A stretch of 41,208 bases of DNA from Clostridia bacterium (GTDB lineage Bacteria; Bacillota; Clostridia; Oscillospirales; Feifaniaceae). The stretch covers positions 1 to 41,208 of the forward strand of contig JAFQKL010000314.1 in NCBI GenBank assembly GCA_017396965.1. The letters run 5' to 3'. The notes under the pieces are model-generated. The model had not been told where the DNA came from, searched no databases, and saw only the letters and a list, made by a program, of their open reading frames with translations. The position numbers and the translations under genes were made by a program. Positions 9,437-16,687 of this stretch are shown here, piece by piece (the stretch's first letter is position 1; every line of letters starts with the position of its first letter).

Positions 9437-10375
9437 TTATTTCTTCTCAAACACAGAAAGCGGCAGATGGGCGCTGACGATATACTGCCCCGCATCCACG
9501 ATCTCGCAGATCTTGAGATCCACGCAGAGGCTGGCGAGGAAGTAAGCGTCAACAGGGGCAAGTCCATAGGTCTCGGCGATATGGTTCACCATATCCTCTG
9601 TCGCATCGTGCGCCGCCTGGAACAGGTCGCTGTTGACGCCGGTGGTGGCGAAATAGCCTTCCTTGTCCACCGGGCCGGTCAGGGGCGAGGGGGTGAAGAA
9701 CTGGGGGGAGCGGATCTTCTTGCCCTTCTGCAGCGAAAAACGCAGCGTGACGGTCAGCGGGCACTCCATGGCGGTGACGCAGATCTCGCCGTCACCCTGC
9801 ACGGCATGGCCGTCGCCACAGGAGAACAGAGCCCCCTCCACCTCGATGGGCAGATACAGGGTGGCACCCTTCTTGAGGTGGCGGATGTCCATATTGCCGC
9901 CGAAGGTCCCCGGAGGCATCACGGTCTGATCCTTCGCACCCTTGGGGCAGACGCCCATCGTGCCGAGGAACGGCTGGAACGGCACCTTGATGTCCTCACG
10001 GAAGGGGACATACTCACCGTTTGAGAGGTCAAAAACCCGCAGCGCCGGCTCAGTGAAGATGTCGCTGAGCAGACCCATGCCGGGCAGGACCGACATCCAG
10101 CCCCAGGAGCCGACTTTCAGGTCTAAGATCTCCACCGCCAGCGTGTCGCCGGGCTGGGCGCCCTCCACATAGATGGGGCCGGTCAGCGGATAGCAGGCGT
10201 TGAGGTCGAGCTTTGCGATGTCTTCGGTGGTGGAGTTTAAGGTAAAGAAGTCGTTGGTCACCTCACTGGTTTCCATCACCACCGTGTCGCCGTCGGCAAT
10301 GGTCAGGACAGGCTTGTGGCTCTCGTCCCAAAACAGGTGAAACTGGTCTTTGGACAGAAAATGCTGCTTGGACAT
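9437..10375 (-). CDS. Acetamidase/formamidase family protein
   Basis: 312 aa from ATG 10375 (AAAGGAGGCAGATCC upstream). LTGPIYVEGAQPGDTLAVEILD, GGNMD and CGDGHAVQGDGE are characteristic FmdA/AmdA motifs. Confidence 0.85.
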   Translation of the reverse strand: MSKQHFLSKDQFHLFWDESHKPVLTIADGDTVVMETSEVTNDFFTLNSTTEDIAKLDLNACYPLTGPIYVEGAQPGDTLAVEILDLKVGSWGWMSVLPGMGLLSDIFTEPALRVFDLSNGEYVPFREDIKVPFQPFLGTMGVCPKGAKDQTVMPPGTFGGNMDIRHLKKGATLYLPIEVEGALFSCGDGHAVQGDGEICVTAMECPLTVTLRFSLQKGKKIRSPQFFTPSPLTGPVDKEGYFATTGVNSDLFQAAHDATEDMVNHIAETYGLAPVDAYFLASLCVDLKICEIVDAGQYIVSAHLPLSVFEKK

Positions 10376-10440
10376 GGATCTGCCTCCTTTATTCAATGAT
10401 GGCAAAGCCCTCTTGCGAGCGAGGGAAATGCTGTATTTTG

Positions 10441-10469
10441 ATGATATCATCTGTGGGAGACCGTGTCAA
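10441..10469 (-). promoter_or_regulatory. Candidate sigmaA promoter for the formamidase gene/cluster (TTGACA-N17-TATCAT, TGn extended -10)
   Basis: The reverse complement of 10464-10469 is TTGACA and of 10441-10446 is TATCAT, with an exact 17-nt spacer. Confidence 0.55.
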
Positions 10470-10518
10470 GAAAAGACAGAGCAAGGGGGCGGACGCCGTT
10501 TGACGTCCGCCCCCTTGC
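10470..10518 (-). terminator. Rho-independent terminator of the SASP gene
   Basis: 15-bp perfect stem GCAAGGGGGCGGACG (10481-10495) / CGTCCGCCCCCTTGC (10504-10518). On the minus strand it is followed by UCUGUCUUUUC. Confidence 0.8.
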
Positions 10519-10530
10519 CTCAAACCCCGT

Positions 10531-10740
10531 TTAGTGGGAAGAGCTGCCCGAGATGGAGTTCTCGTAGCTTTCAATCATCTTCTTGACCATCTGGCCGCCG
10601 ACAGAACCGGCCTCACGGGAGGTCAGGTGGCCGTTGTAACCGTCGGTCAGGTTGACGCCGACCTCGGAAGCGGCCTGCATCTTGAACTTGTCCATGGCGG
10701 CACGGGCCTGGGGAACGTTGAGCTTGTTATTGCTTTTCAT
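10531..10740 (-). CDS. Alpha/beta-type small acid-soluble spore protein
   Basis: 69 aa from ATG 10740 (GAGGAGAGATTCTTT upstream). KFKMQAASEVGV and LTSREAGSVGGQMVKKMIE are hallmark SASP motifs. The 137-aa track ORF is over-extended. Confidence 0.9.
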   Translation of the reverse strand: MKSNNKLNVPQARAAMDKFKMQAASEVGVNLTDGYNGHLTSREAGSVGGQMVKKMIESYENSISGSSSH

Positions 10741-10818
10741 AAAGAATCTCTCCTCAAAAATACGTTTTGGCGGAAGAGACGGCGCACAGAGAAAGAGCGT
10801 CCGCTCGTTCCGTACCCC

Positions 10819-10847
10819 TAGTTTGACCGCGTCCGGCACGTCTATGA
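10819..10847 (-). promoter_or_regulatory. Possible forespore (sigmaG/F-like) promoter for the SASP gene
   Basis: On the minus strand, TCATA-N18-CAAACTA resembles the sigmaG consensus gHATR-N17/18-CATnnTA. The match is imperfect and rests only on the consensus. Confidence 0.2.
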
Positions 10848-10935
10848 GTGGTGGTTTGTGGAAGATATGCGAAAGTAGGTTCCTTGTGAGCGATTGACGT
10901 GTTTTGAAATACAAAAATTCCGAGCTGTATGCATA

Positions 10936-10964
10936 TTGAAACAAAGGATGTTACCTGTTAAAAT
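10936..10964 (+). promoter_or_regulatory. Candidate sigmaA promoter for the recombinase gene (TTGAAA-N17-TAAAAT)
   Basis: TTGAAA at 10936-10941 and TAAAAT at 10959-10964 with an exact 17-nt spacer, in an AT-rich stretch. Confidence 0.55.
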
Positions 10965-11022
10965 GATATTACCCATTTCAAGCTTCAATTATTTACCCTT
11001 TCACTTTGGAGAGATATGGGGT

Positions 11023-11664
11023 ATGATGGGATCAGGAACGCGGAAGGGAGGAACAACTTTGTCAGGAAAAGTATATGGATATATCCGCGTCAGTACCCGG
11101 GAGCAGAATGAAGATCGACAACTGCTTGCAATGCAATCTCTGGTCGTACCCAGAAAGAACCTGTTTATCGACAGGCAGTCCGGAAAAGACTTTGACAGAC
11201 CCGAGTACCAGCGTTTGCTGGAGACCATGAAGACGGAAGATCTGCTCTATATAAAAAGCATCGACCGTTTGGGGAGGGATTATGACGAAATTTTGGAACA
11301 ATGGCGGCTGCTCACCAAGGAGAAAGGGGTGGACATCGCCGTCATCGATATGCCGCTGCTCGACACCAGGCGGGGCAAGGATCTGATGGGAACCTTCCTC
11401 AGTGACATCGTCTTACAGGTGCTTTCCTTCGTGGCGGAGAACGAACGCTCCAACATCCGCCAGCGTCAGGCGGAGGGGATTCTGGCCGCCAAGGAGCGGG
11501 GAGTGCGCTTCGGACGTCCGCCCAAGCCGCTGCCGGAGAATTACCACCGCGTCTACCGCAAATGGAAGGCCGGCCGCATCACGGGCAAAGAGGCAGCAGA
11601 GGAGGGCGGGATGCCGCTGGCCACCTTCCGCTACCAGGCGGAGATCTATGATGAAGCCCACTGA
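11023..11664 (+). CDS. Small serine recombinase (resolvase/invertase family)
   Basis: YGYIRVSTREQ (catalytic Ser), DRLGRD and ENERSNIRQRQAEG, plus a C-terminal HTH-like segment ITGKEAAEEGGMPLATFRY. Start is ATG 11023 or, alternatively, TTG 11059 (GGGAGG 8 nt upstream, giving MSGKVYGYIRVS). Confidence 0.85.
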   Translation: MMGSGTRKGGTTLSGKVYGYIRVSTREQNEDRQLLAMQSLVVPRKNLFIDRQSGKDFDRPEYQRLLETMKTEDLLYIKSIDRLGRDYDEILEQWRLLTKEKGVDIAVIDMPLLDTRRGKDLMGTFLSDIVLQVLSFVAENERSNIRQRQAEGILAAKERGVRFGRPPKPLPENYHRVYRKWKAGRITGKEAAEEGGMPLATFRYQAEIYDEAH

Positions 11665-11675
11665 AGGGCGAACGG

Positions 11676-11704
11676 TGGACAATCTGCACGAAATCAAGTA
11701 TACT
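11676..11704 (+). promoter_or_regulatory. Candidate promoter for the PHP gene (TGGACA-N17-TATACT)
   Basis: TGGACA at 11676-11681 and TATACT at 11699-11704 with a 17-nt spacer. Confidence 0.4.
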
Positions 11705-11752
11705 GAAAGGCGAAACACAGTGATCGAATCCGACGCGAAAGAGAGGATCCCC

Positions 11753-12568
11753 ATGAAAGTGACCGCTGATCTCCATACCCATTCCTCCGCCTCCGACGGG
11801 CAGTATCCCCCGGAGGAGCTGGTGCGGCTGGCCGCGTCCCGCGGTCTGACCGTGATGGCCCTGACCGATCATGACACGGTGGAAGGAATCGAACCCGCCG
11901 TGCGCGAAGGGCGCCGGGCGGGCATGACCGTTCTGCCCGGCGTGGAGCTGGGGGCGGCCGAGCACCGCAGTCTGCACCTTCTCGGTTACGCATTCGACCC
12001 CGCGTCGCCCGCCATCACCGACCTCTGCCGCAAGCTGCGGGAGGGGAGAGACGAGCGCAAGTACCGCATCATTGACTTTTTGAAGGAAAAAGGTGTGGAG
12101 ATCTCGCTGGAGGAAGTGGAGCAGACCGCGGGCGGAGCTGTGATCGCCCGCCCGCACTTTGCGCAGGTGATGGTGCGCCGCGGCCATGTGGCCACCGTCC
12201 GCGAGGCCTTCGACCGCTATCTCGACACGGAGGAGTACCAGCGGATCGAGCGATTCAAGGCGGATGCCGCCACCTGCATCGCCGCCATCCGCGCCGCCGG
12301 CGGACACGCGTCGCTGGCGCACCCCTGTCAGCTGAAGCTGCCGGAGGAGGAGATGGCCACCCTGGTCCGCAGGCTGGCCGACGCAGGTCTTGGGGCCATC
12401 GAATGTTTCTATCCCGCCCACACCGCGCAGCAGGTGGCCTTTTATCGCAAACTGGCCGAGAAAAACGGCCTGCAGGTCACTGGCGGCAGCGATTTTCACG
12501 GAGAACGCGTCAAGCCGAACATCGCCCTCGCCGCCTGGCCGCTCGAGCTGGACTGGCTGCTCGGGTGA
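11753..12568 (+). CDS. PHP domain phosphoesterase (TrpH/YciV-like)
   Basis: ATG 11753 follows GAGAGGA. The N-terminus DLHTHSSASDG and LTDHDTVEG are PHP metal-binding motifs, and GGSDFHG lies near the C-terminus. The upstream part of the 388-aa track ORF overlaps the recombinase gene. Confidence 0.8.
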   Translation: MKVTADLHTHSSASDGQYPPEELVRLAASRGLTVMALTDHDTVEGIEPAVREGRRAGMTVLPGVELGAAEHRSLHLLGYAFDPASPAITDLCRKLREGRDERKYRIIDFLKEKGVEISLEEVEQTAGGAVIARPHFAQVMVRRGHVATVREAFDRYLDTEEYQRIERFKADAATCIAAIRAAGGHASLAHPCQLKLPEEEMATLVRRLADAGLGAIECFYPAHTAQQVAFYRKLAEKNGLQVTGGSDFHGERVKPNIALAAWPLELDWLLG

Positions 12569-12587
12569 GGAGAAACCCGGTTTTTTG
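12561..12587 (+). terminator. Weak rho-independent terminator after the PHP gene
   Basis: 5-bp stem CGGGT/ACCCG spanning the stop codon, followed by TTTTTT (12581-12586). Confidence 0.45.
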
Positions 12588-12676
12588 CGCTGTGATCGGC
12601 CGCCCGACCGTGGCGAAACGGGTCGTCCGGTTGCGTAAAAAAACCAAAATCTGTGCCGCCGGTTTTCGCTTTTTTG

Positions 12677-12705
12677 TTGAAACCGGGGGTGAGATGGTGT
12701 ATAAT
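12677..12705 (+). promoter_or_regulatory. Candidate sigmaA promoter for pyrH-frr (TTGAAA-N17-TATAAT)
   Basis: TTGAAA at 12677-12682 and TATAAT at 12700-12705 with an exact 17-nt spacer. Confidence 0.6.
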
Positions 12706-12742
12706 AGGTCGAAAAGAATTCTCTGTAAATGAGGTGGTTTTC

Positions 12743-13456
12743 ATGCAGCCGGCATATCGGCGTATTTTACTCAAGCTGAGCGGCGAGGCTCTGGCAGGGG
12801 AGAAGGATACCGGCTTTTGTATTGATGAGCAGGTTTTGATGCCCCTTTGCCGCAGTATTGCCCGCATGGTGGAAATGGGGGTTGAGGTGGCCGTGGTCTG
12901 CGGCGGCGGCAACATCTGGCGGGGACGTGCGGTTCCCGAGATGGAGCGCACCCGAGCCGATCAGGCCGGAATGCTCGCCACCGTCATCAATGCCCTGGCC
13001 TTACAGGATGGCCTGATCCGCAGCGGCGTAAAGGCTGAACTCTTTACAGCGTTTGAGGTCGGCCCCGTCTCCCGCCGCTATCGCAGACCCGATGCCGATG
13101 AAGTTCTCTCTTCCGGCGGCGTGGCCCTGCTGGCCGCCGGCACCGGCAGCCCCTTCTTCTCGACGGATACCACGGCGGCGCTGCGTGCGGCGGAGCTGTC
13201 GGTGGATGCCATTCTGATGGCCAAGACCATCGACGGTGTCTACACCGCCGACCCCAAGAAGGACCCCACCGCCACCCTCATTCCCGAGATCACCGCTTCC
13301 GAGGCACTGGCAAAGCGCCTCGGCGTGATGGATGCCGCGGCGATGGCGCTGTGTATGGACAATCACATCACCATCCGCGTCTTCGCCATGGACCCGCTGG
13401 AGAATCTCATCCGCGTCGTCTGCGGCGAAAACCTGGGCAGCACGGTGATCGCCTGA
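12743..13456 (+). CDS. pyrH: UMP kinase
   Basis: ATG 12743 follows GAGGTGG. YRRILLKLSGEAL, VVCGGGNIWRG and the ATP-site region TIDGVYTADPKKDP are present. It has the conserved position upstream of frr. Confidence 0.95.
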   Translation: MQPAYRRILLKLSGEALAGEKDTGFCIDEQVLMPLCRSIARMVEMGVEVAVVCGGGNIWRGRAVPEMERTRADQAGMLATVINALALQDGLIRSGVKAELFTAFEVGPVSRRYRRPDADEVLSSGGVALLAAGTGSPFFSTDTTAALRAAELSVDAILMAKTIDGVYTADPKKDPTATLIPEITASEALAKRLGVMDAAAMALCMDNHITIRVFAMDPLENLIRVVCGENLGSTVIA

Positions 13457-13528
13457 CCTTTTAAAAACGATAATACCATACCGACCGCAAGACCGAATCT
13501 CAACAGAAATCAGTGGAGGAATTGATTT

Positions 13529-14083
13529 ATGAAGGAAATGTACCGCGAATTTGAAGACAAGATGAAAAAGGCCATCTCCATTCTCGAGGCCGATTATAAG
13601 ACCCTGCGCGCCGGCCGCGCCAACCCCTCCGTGCTGGACAAGGTGACGGTGGACTACTACGGCGCCCCCACTCCCATCAACCAGCTGGCCTCCCTTTCGG
13701 TCACCGAGGCCCGCACCCTCTCCATCAGCCCCTACGATGCTTCGGCGATGAAGTCGATCGAGAAGGCCATCCTCGCCTCCGACATCGGCATCAATCCCCA
13801 AAACGACGGCCGCACCATCCGCCTCGTCTTCCCGCCGCTCACCGAGGAGCGCCGCAAGGAGCTTGCCAAGCAGGTCAAGAAGATGGCGGAGGACAGCAAG
13901 GTCGCCATCCGCAACATCCGCCGCGATGCCATTGACACCTTTAAAAAGATGCAGAAGAAGTCCGAGATCACCGAGGACGACCTCAAGGGCGCCGAGAAGG
14001 ATCTGCAGGATCTGACCAACAACATGACCAAGAAGATCGACGAGATCGCCACCGCCAAGGAAAAGGAGATCATGGAGGTCTGA
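13529..14083 (+). CDS. frr: Ribosome recycling factor
   Basis: 184 aa with RAGRANPSVLD, PLTEERRKEL and the C-terminal coiled-coil pattern. GGAGGAATTGATTT precedes the ATG. Confidence 0.95.
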   Translation: MKEMYREFEDKMKKAISILEADYKTLRAGRANPSVLDKVTVDYYGAPTPINQLASLSVTEARTLSISPYDASAMKSIEKAILASDIGINPQNDGRTIRLVFPPLTEERRKELAKQVKKMAEDSKVAIRNIRRDAIDTFKKMQKKSEITEDDLKGAEKDLQDLTNNMTKKIDEIATAKEKEIMEV

Positions 14084-14128
14084 TCCCCCCTGTCCATAGC
14101 CCTGGTCTGTTAGACATCGGCAACATTC

Positions 14129-14181
14129 CGGCGGGGCCCCTGTTTCCACGGAGGAAGCAGGGGCCGGGCCGCCGTTTTTTT
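14129..14181 (+). terminator. Rho-independent terminator after frr
   Basis: Interrupted stem CGGCGG-GGCCCCTG / CAGGGGCC-GGG-CCGCCG followed by TTTTTTT (14175-14181). Confidence 0.7.
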
Positions 14182-14374
14182 GCGGAAGGTTCGGCATCAA
14201 GCCGTCCTTCCGCCGCCCTGCCCGTCCCTGCCGGGAGGGGCGGCGGGGGAGTGACTGTCACACGCCGCTCCGCCTGCCCAAAGCCCTCTGCGTGGCCGGG
14301 CTGTTTGCCGTCCGCGTTTTTCTTTTCAAAAGCACGATCACTGTCACCCAAACAAAACGGAGGGGGTCACCGCC

Positions 14375-15091
14375 TTGCCCAAGCAAACGCAGTCTGTCGC
14401 CATTGACCGCAGCCGCATCCCGGCTCATATCGCCATCATTATGGACGGAAACGGCCGCTGGGCCACCTCCCGTCTGCTGCCGCGCAGCATGGGGCACCGG
14501 GAGGGCGCCAAAAAATTTCGCGAGATCGCCTCCTACTGTCAGGAGATCGGTGTCAAGCACCTGACGGTCTATGCCTTCTCAACCGAAAACTGGAAACGCC
14601 CCAAAGAGGAAGTGGACACCATCCTCTCCCTCTTTCGCGACTATTTGATCGAGGCCAAAGAGGAGCTGGGCCAGCGCAACATCCGCATCCGCATCCTCGG
14701 CGACCTCGCCCCCTTTGAAGGGGAGCTGCGCGACCTCATCGAGGAAGTGCAGACCATCAACTGCCGCGAGGATGCGCTGATTGCCAACATCGCCGTCAAC
14801 TACGGCGGCAGGGCGGAGCTTGTGACCGCCGCCAACGCCGCCTTTGCCAAAAAGGGCGGCCCCATCACCGAGGAGGAGCTGGCCGCCTGTCTCTACACCG
14901 CCGGCCAGCCCGATCCCGACCTCATCATCCGCACCTCCGGCGAGTACCGCATCTCCGGCTTTCTGCTGTGGCAGTGCTCGTACAGCGAGTTCTTCTTCTC
15001 CGACCTGCTCTGGCCCGACTTTACGACCGAAGAACTGGACCGCGCCATTTTCTCCTTCCAGAACAGAAAGCGACGCTACGGCGGGGTCTGA
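14375..15091 (+). CDS. uppS: Isoprenyl transferase (undecaprenyl diphosphate synthase)
   Basis: TTG start 7-8 nt after GGAGGGGG. HIAIIMDGNGRWA, TVYAFSTENWKRP and RTSGEYRISGFLLWQ are present. Confidence 0.9.
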   Translation: MPKQTQSVAIDRSRIPAHIAIIMDGNGRWATSRLLPRSMGHREGAKKFREIASYCQEIGVKHLTVYAFSTENWKRPKEEVDTILSLFRDYLIEAKEELGQRNIRIRILGDLAPFEGELRDLIEEVQTINCREDALIANIAVNYGGRAELVTAANAAFAKKGGPITEEELAACLYTAGQPDPDLIIRTSGEYRISGFLLWQCSYSEFFFSDLLWPDFTTEELDRAIFSFQNRKRRYGGV

Positions 15092-15177
15092 ACCGAAGAC
15101 GCCCGGTGTAAACTAACATAGGAAAAGGCGCGGGCCGAAGCGTTCCCGCTCTTTTCAGGATATAAGAGGAGTACAAT

Positions 15178-15792
15178 ATGCAGGATCATACGCAGGAAAA
15201 GGGAAGGGGACTGGCGTTCGCCGTGCTGTGGATCATGGCCGTGCAGCTCCTGGATCTGCTGCTGGCGATGGCCGTCTGGTCGGCGGTGGCGGAGAGCTAT
15301 CGAATGGAGTGGCTGGGCTATCTGTTCGGCCTGCTCAACCTCCCGCTCTACTGGCTGGGAGGCTATCTCATGCCGAAGGCTTTCCACCCCGAAAAGGGCC
15401 GGCGTACCACGACACTGCTGCTGATCTTTATCACCGTCAATCTGCTGCTCAGCCTCCTTCTGCCCGGATTCTTCCCGAAACTCGGCCGGGTGTGGACGCT
15501 GCCGCAGCAGTTCACCGCCATCGCCTGCTTCTTCTTTCTCTACTGGACCGGCTTCAGCCACAGCGTTTTCTTCTTTGACGTGGTGGAGCCGATTCTGGGT
15601 CTTGTGGCGCTGGCGCTGATGTTCTTCTTCCTCGGCATCGGCCTCTCCGGTGCGCGCAAACGCGAGGGCAAGGAGACAAATTATGTCGATGTGACACCTG
15701 CGGTCGATGAGGCCGGCGAGGGGGCGGCGGAAGACGCGGAGGCGGAAGCCCCCGCCGAATCGGAGGAGCCGGCCCCCGCCCCCACCACCTGA
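15178..15792 (+). CDS. Hypothetical polytopic membrane protein with acidic Ala/Glu/Pro-rich C-terminal tail
   Basis: AAGAGGAGTACAAT precedes the ATG. It has about 5 hydrophobic helices and the tail DEAGEGAAEDAEAEAPAESEEPAPAPTT. I recognise no family motif. Confidence 0.6.
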   Translation: MQDHTQEKGRGLAFAVLWIMAVQLLDLLLAMAVWSAVAESYRMEWLGYLFGLLNLPLYWLGGYLMPKAFHPEKGRRTTTLLLIFITVNLLLSLLLPGFFPKLGRVWTLPQQFTAIACFFFLYWTGFSHSVFFFDVVEPILGLVALALMFFFLGIGLSGARKREGKETNYVDVTPAVDEAGEGAAEDAEAEAPAESEEPAPAPTT

Positions 15793-15811
15793 ATCAACGG
15801 GAGGACCTGGT

Positions 15812-16621
15812 ATGTTCACCGCGAAATTCTGGGCCGGCGCCGCGTATTTTCTTCTGGCGCTGCCGCTCTTTTACTATTCCCACACCGTTGCCCTGCCGCT
15901 GGTCATGACGGGGATCGCCATGCGCTGCGTCTACGAAGCCTTTCACATCAGCGGCTTTTACGAGTCGAAGCTGCTGATGGTGCCGGCGCTCTGCCTGCCG
16001 CCGCTGCTCTGCTTCGCCCCTTATTTCGGCCACGGACTGTGGGCGCTGTTCTGCTACGCCTGGCTGCTGTTGGCGCTGCTGCTCTATCTGCTGCACTATG
16101 ACAACAGCACCCTGCTGCAGTTCGTCTACTGCGCCTTTTTCACCCTGCTGCTCTCGGCCGGCATCAGCATCCCCGTGCAGACCCGGCAGCTCGAGGGCGG
16201 GCAGTGGCTGATCATCTTCACCTTCGCCGGCTGCTGGGCGGCGGACACCTGCGCGCAGATGTGCGGCAGGATGTTCGGCAAGCACAAGCTGGGCATCGGC
16301 GTCTCGCCCAACAAGACCATCGAAGGCTGCGTCGGCTCGCTGATCTGTACGGCGGCGGTCTACGGTCTGCTGGGCTTTGCCATCAACCGCCTGGCGGGAA
16401 CCACCTTCCGCATCCCGCTGCTCGTCCTCTCCGGGTTTGCCGTCTCGCTGGCGGCGCAGGTGGGCGACCTGCTGGCCTCCGCCGTCAAGAGATGCTTCGG
16501 CGTCAAGGACTTCAGCCGCCTCATTCCCGGACACGGCGGGATGTACGACCGCTTTGACTCCTTCGCGCTGGTGGCCCCCATGGTCTACCTGATGGCCGAT
16601 CTGCTGCCGCTGTTTGCGTGA
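15812..16621 (+). CDS. cdsA: Phosphatidate cytidylyltransferase
   Basis: ATG 15812 follows GGGAGGA. SPNKTIEG and GDLLASAVKRCFGVKDFSRLIPGHGGMYDRFDS form the CTP-transferase signature. Confidence 0.9.
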   Translation: MFTAKFWAGAAYFLLALPLFYYSHTVALPLVMTGIAMRCVYEAFHISGFYESKLLMVPALCLPPLLCFAPYFGHGLWALFCYAWLLLALLLYLLHYDNSTLLQFVYCAFFTLLLSAGISIPVQTRQLEGGQWLIIFTFAGCWAADTCAQMCGRMFGKHKLGIGVSPNKTIEGCVGSLICTAAVYGLLGFAINRLAGTTFRIPLLVLSGFAVSLAAQVGDLLASAVKRCFGVKDFSRLIPGHGGMYDRFDSFALVAPMVYLMADLLPLFA

Positions 16622-16687
16622 GAGAAGTTTGAACCGAACGGTTTTCATCTGAATTCCAACGGAGATTCTGATAGAAGGAGACTTTGA

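Noticed and set aside
8629-9567. Over-extended N-termini in the ORF track. These are the sirtuin (9567), formamidase (10450), SASP (10944), PHP (11402), pyrH (12653), cdsA (15707), ispG (18924), rbgA (32141), clpP (39939), DUF421 (31110) and spoIVA (29919) ORFs.
   Set aside because: In every case an internal start with a good Shine-Dalgarno at 6-10 nt reproduces the normal family N-terminus. The extensions overlap neighbouring genes or intergenic signals.
10900-10920. Hix-like weak palindrome TTTTG-aaata-CAAAA near the recombinase gene, and a 9-mer (TTGTATTTC at 1325-1333) matching its reverse complement 9.6 kb away.
   Set aside because: The arms are only 5 bp in an AT-rich stretch. A single 9-mer match on either strand of a 41-kb window is close to chance expectation, and no other support exists for a 9.6-kb invertible segment.
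10746-11015. 8-bp inverted repeat ATCTCTCC (10746-10753) / GGAGAGAT (11008-11015) flanking the SASP-recombinase intergenic region, considered as a possible invertible promoter switch.
   Set aside because: Both copies are simply the Shine-Dalgarno regions of the two divergent genes. The match does not extend beyond 8 bp, which is too short and too easily explained to call an inverton.
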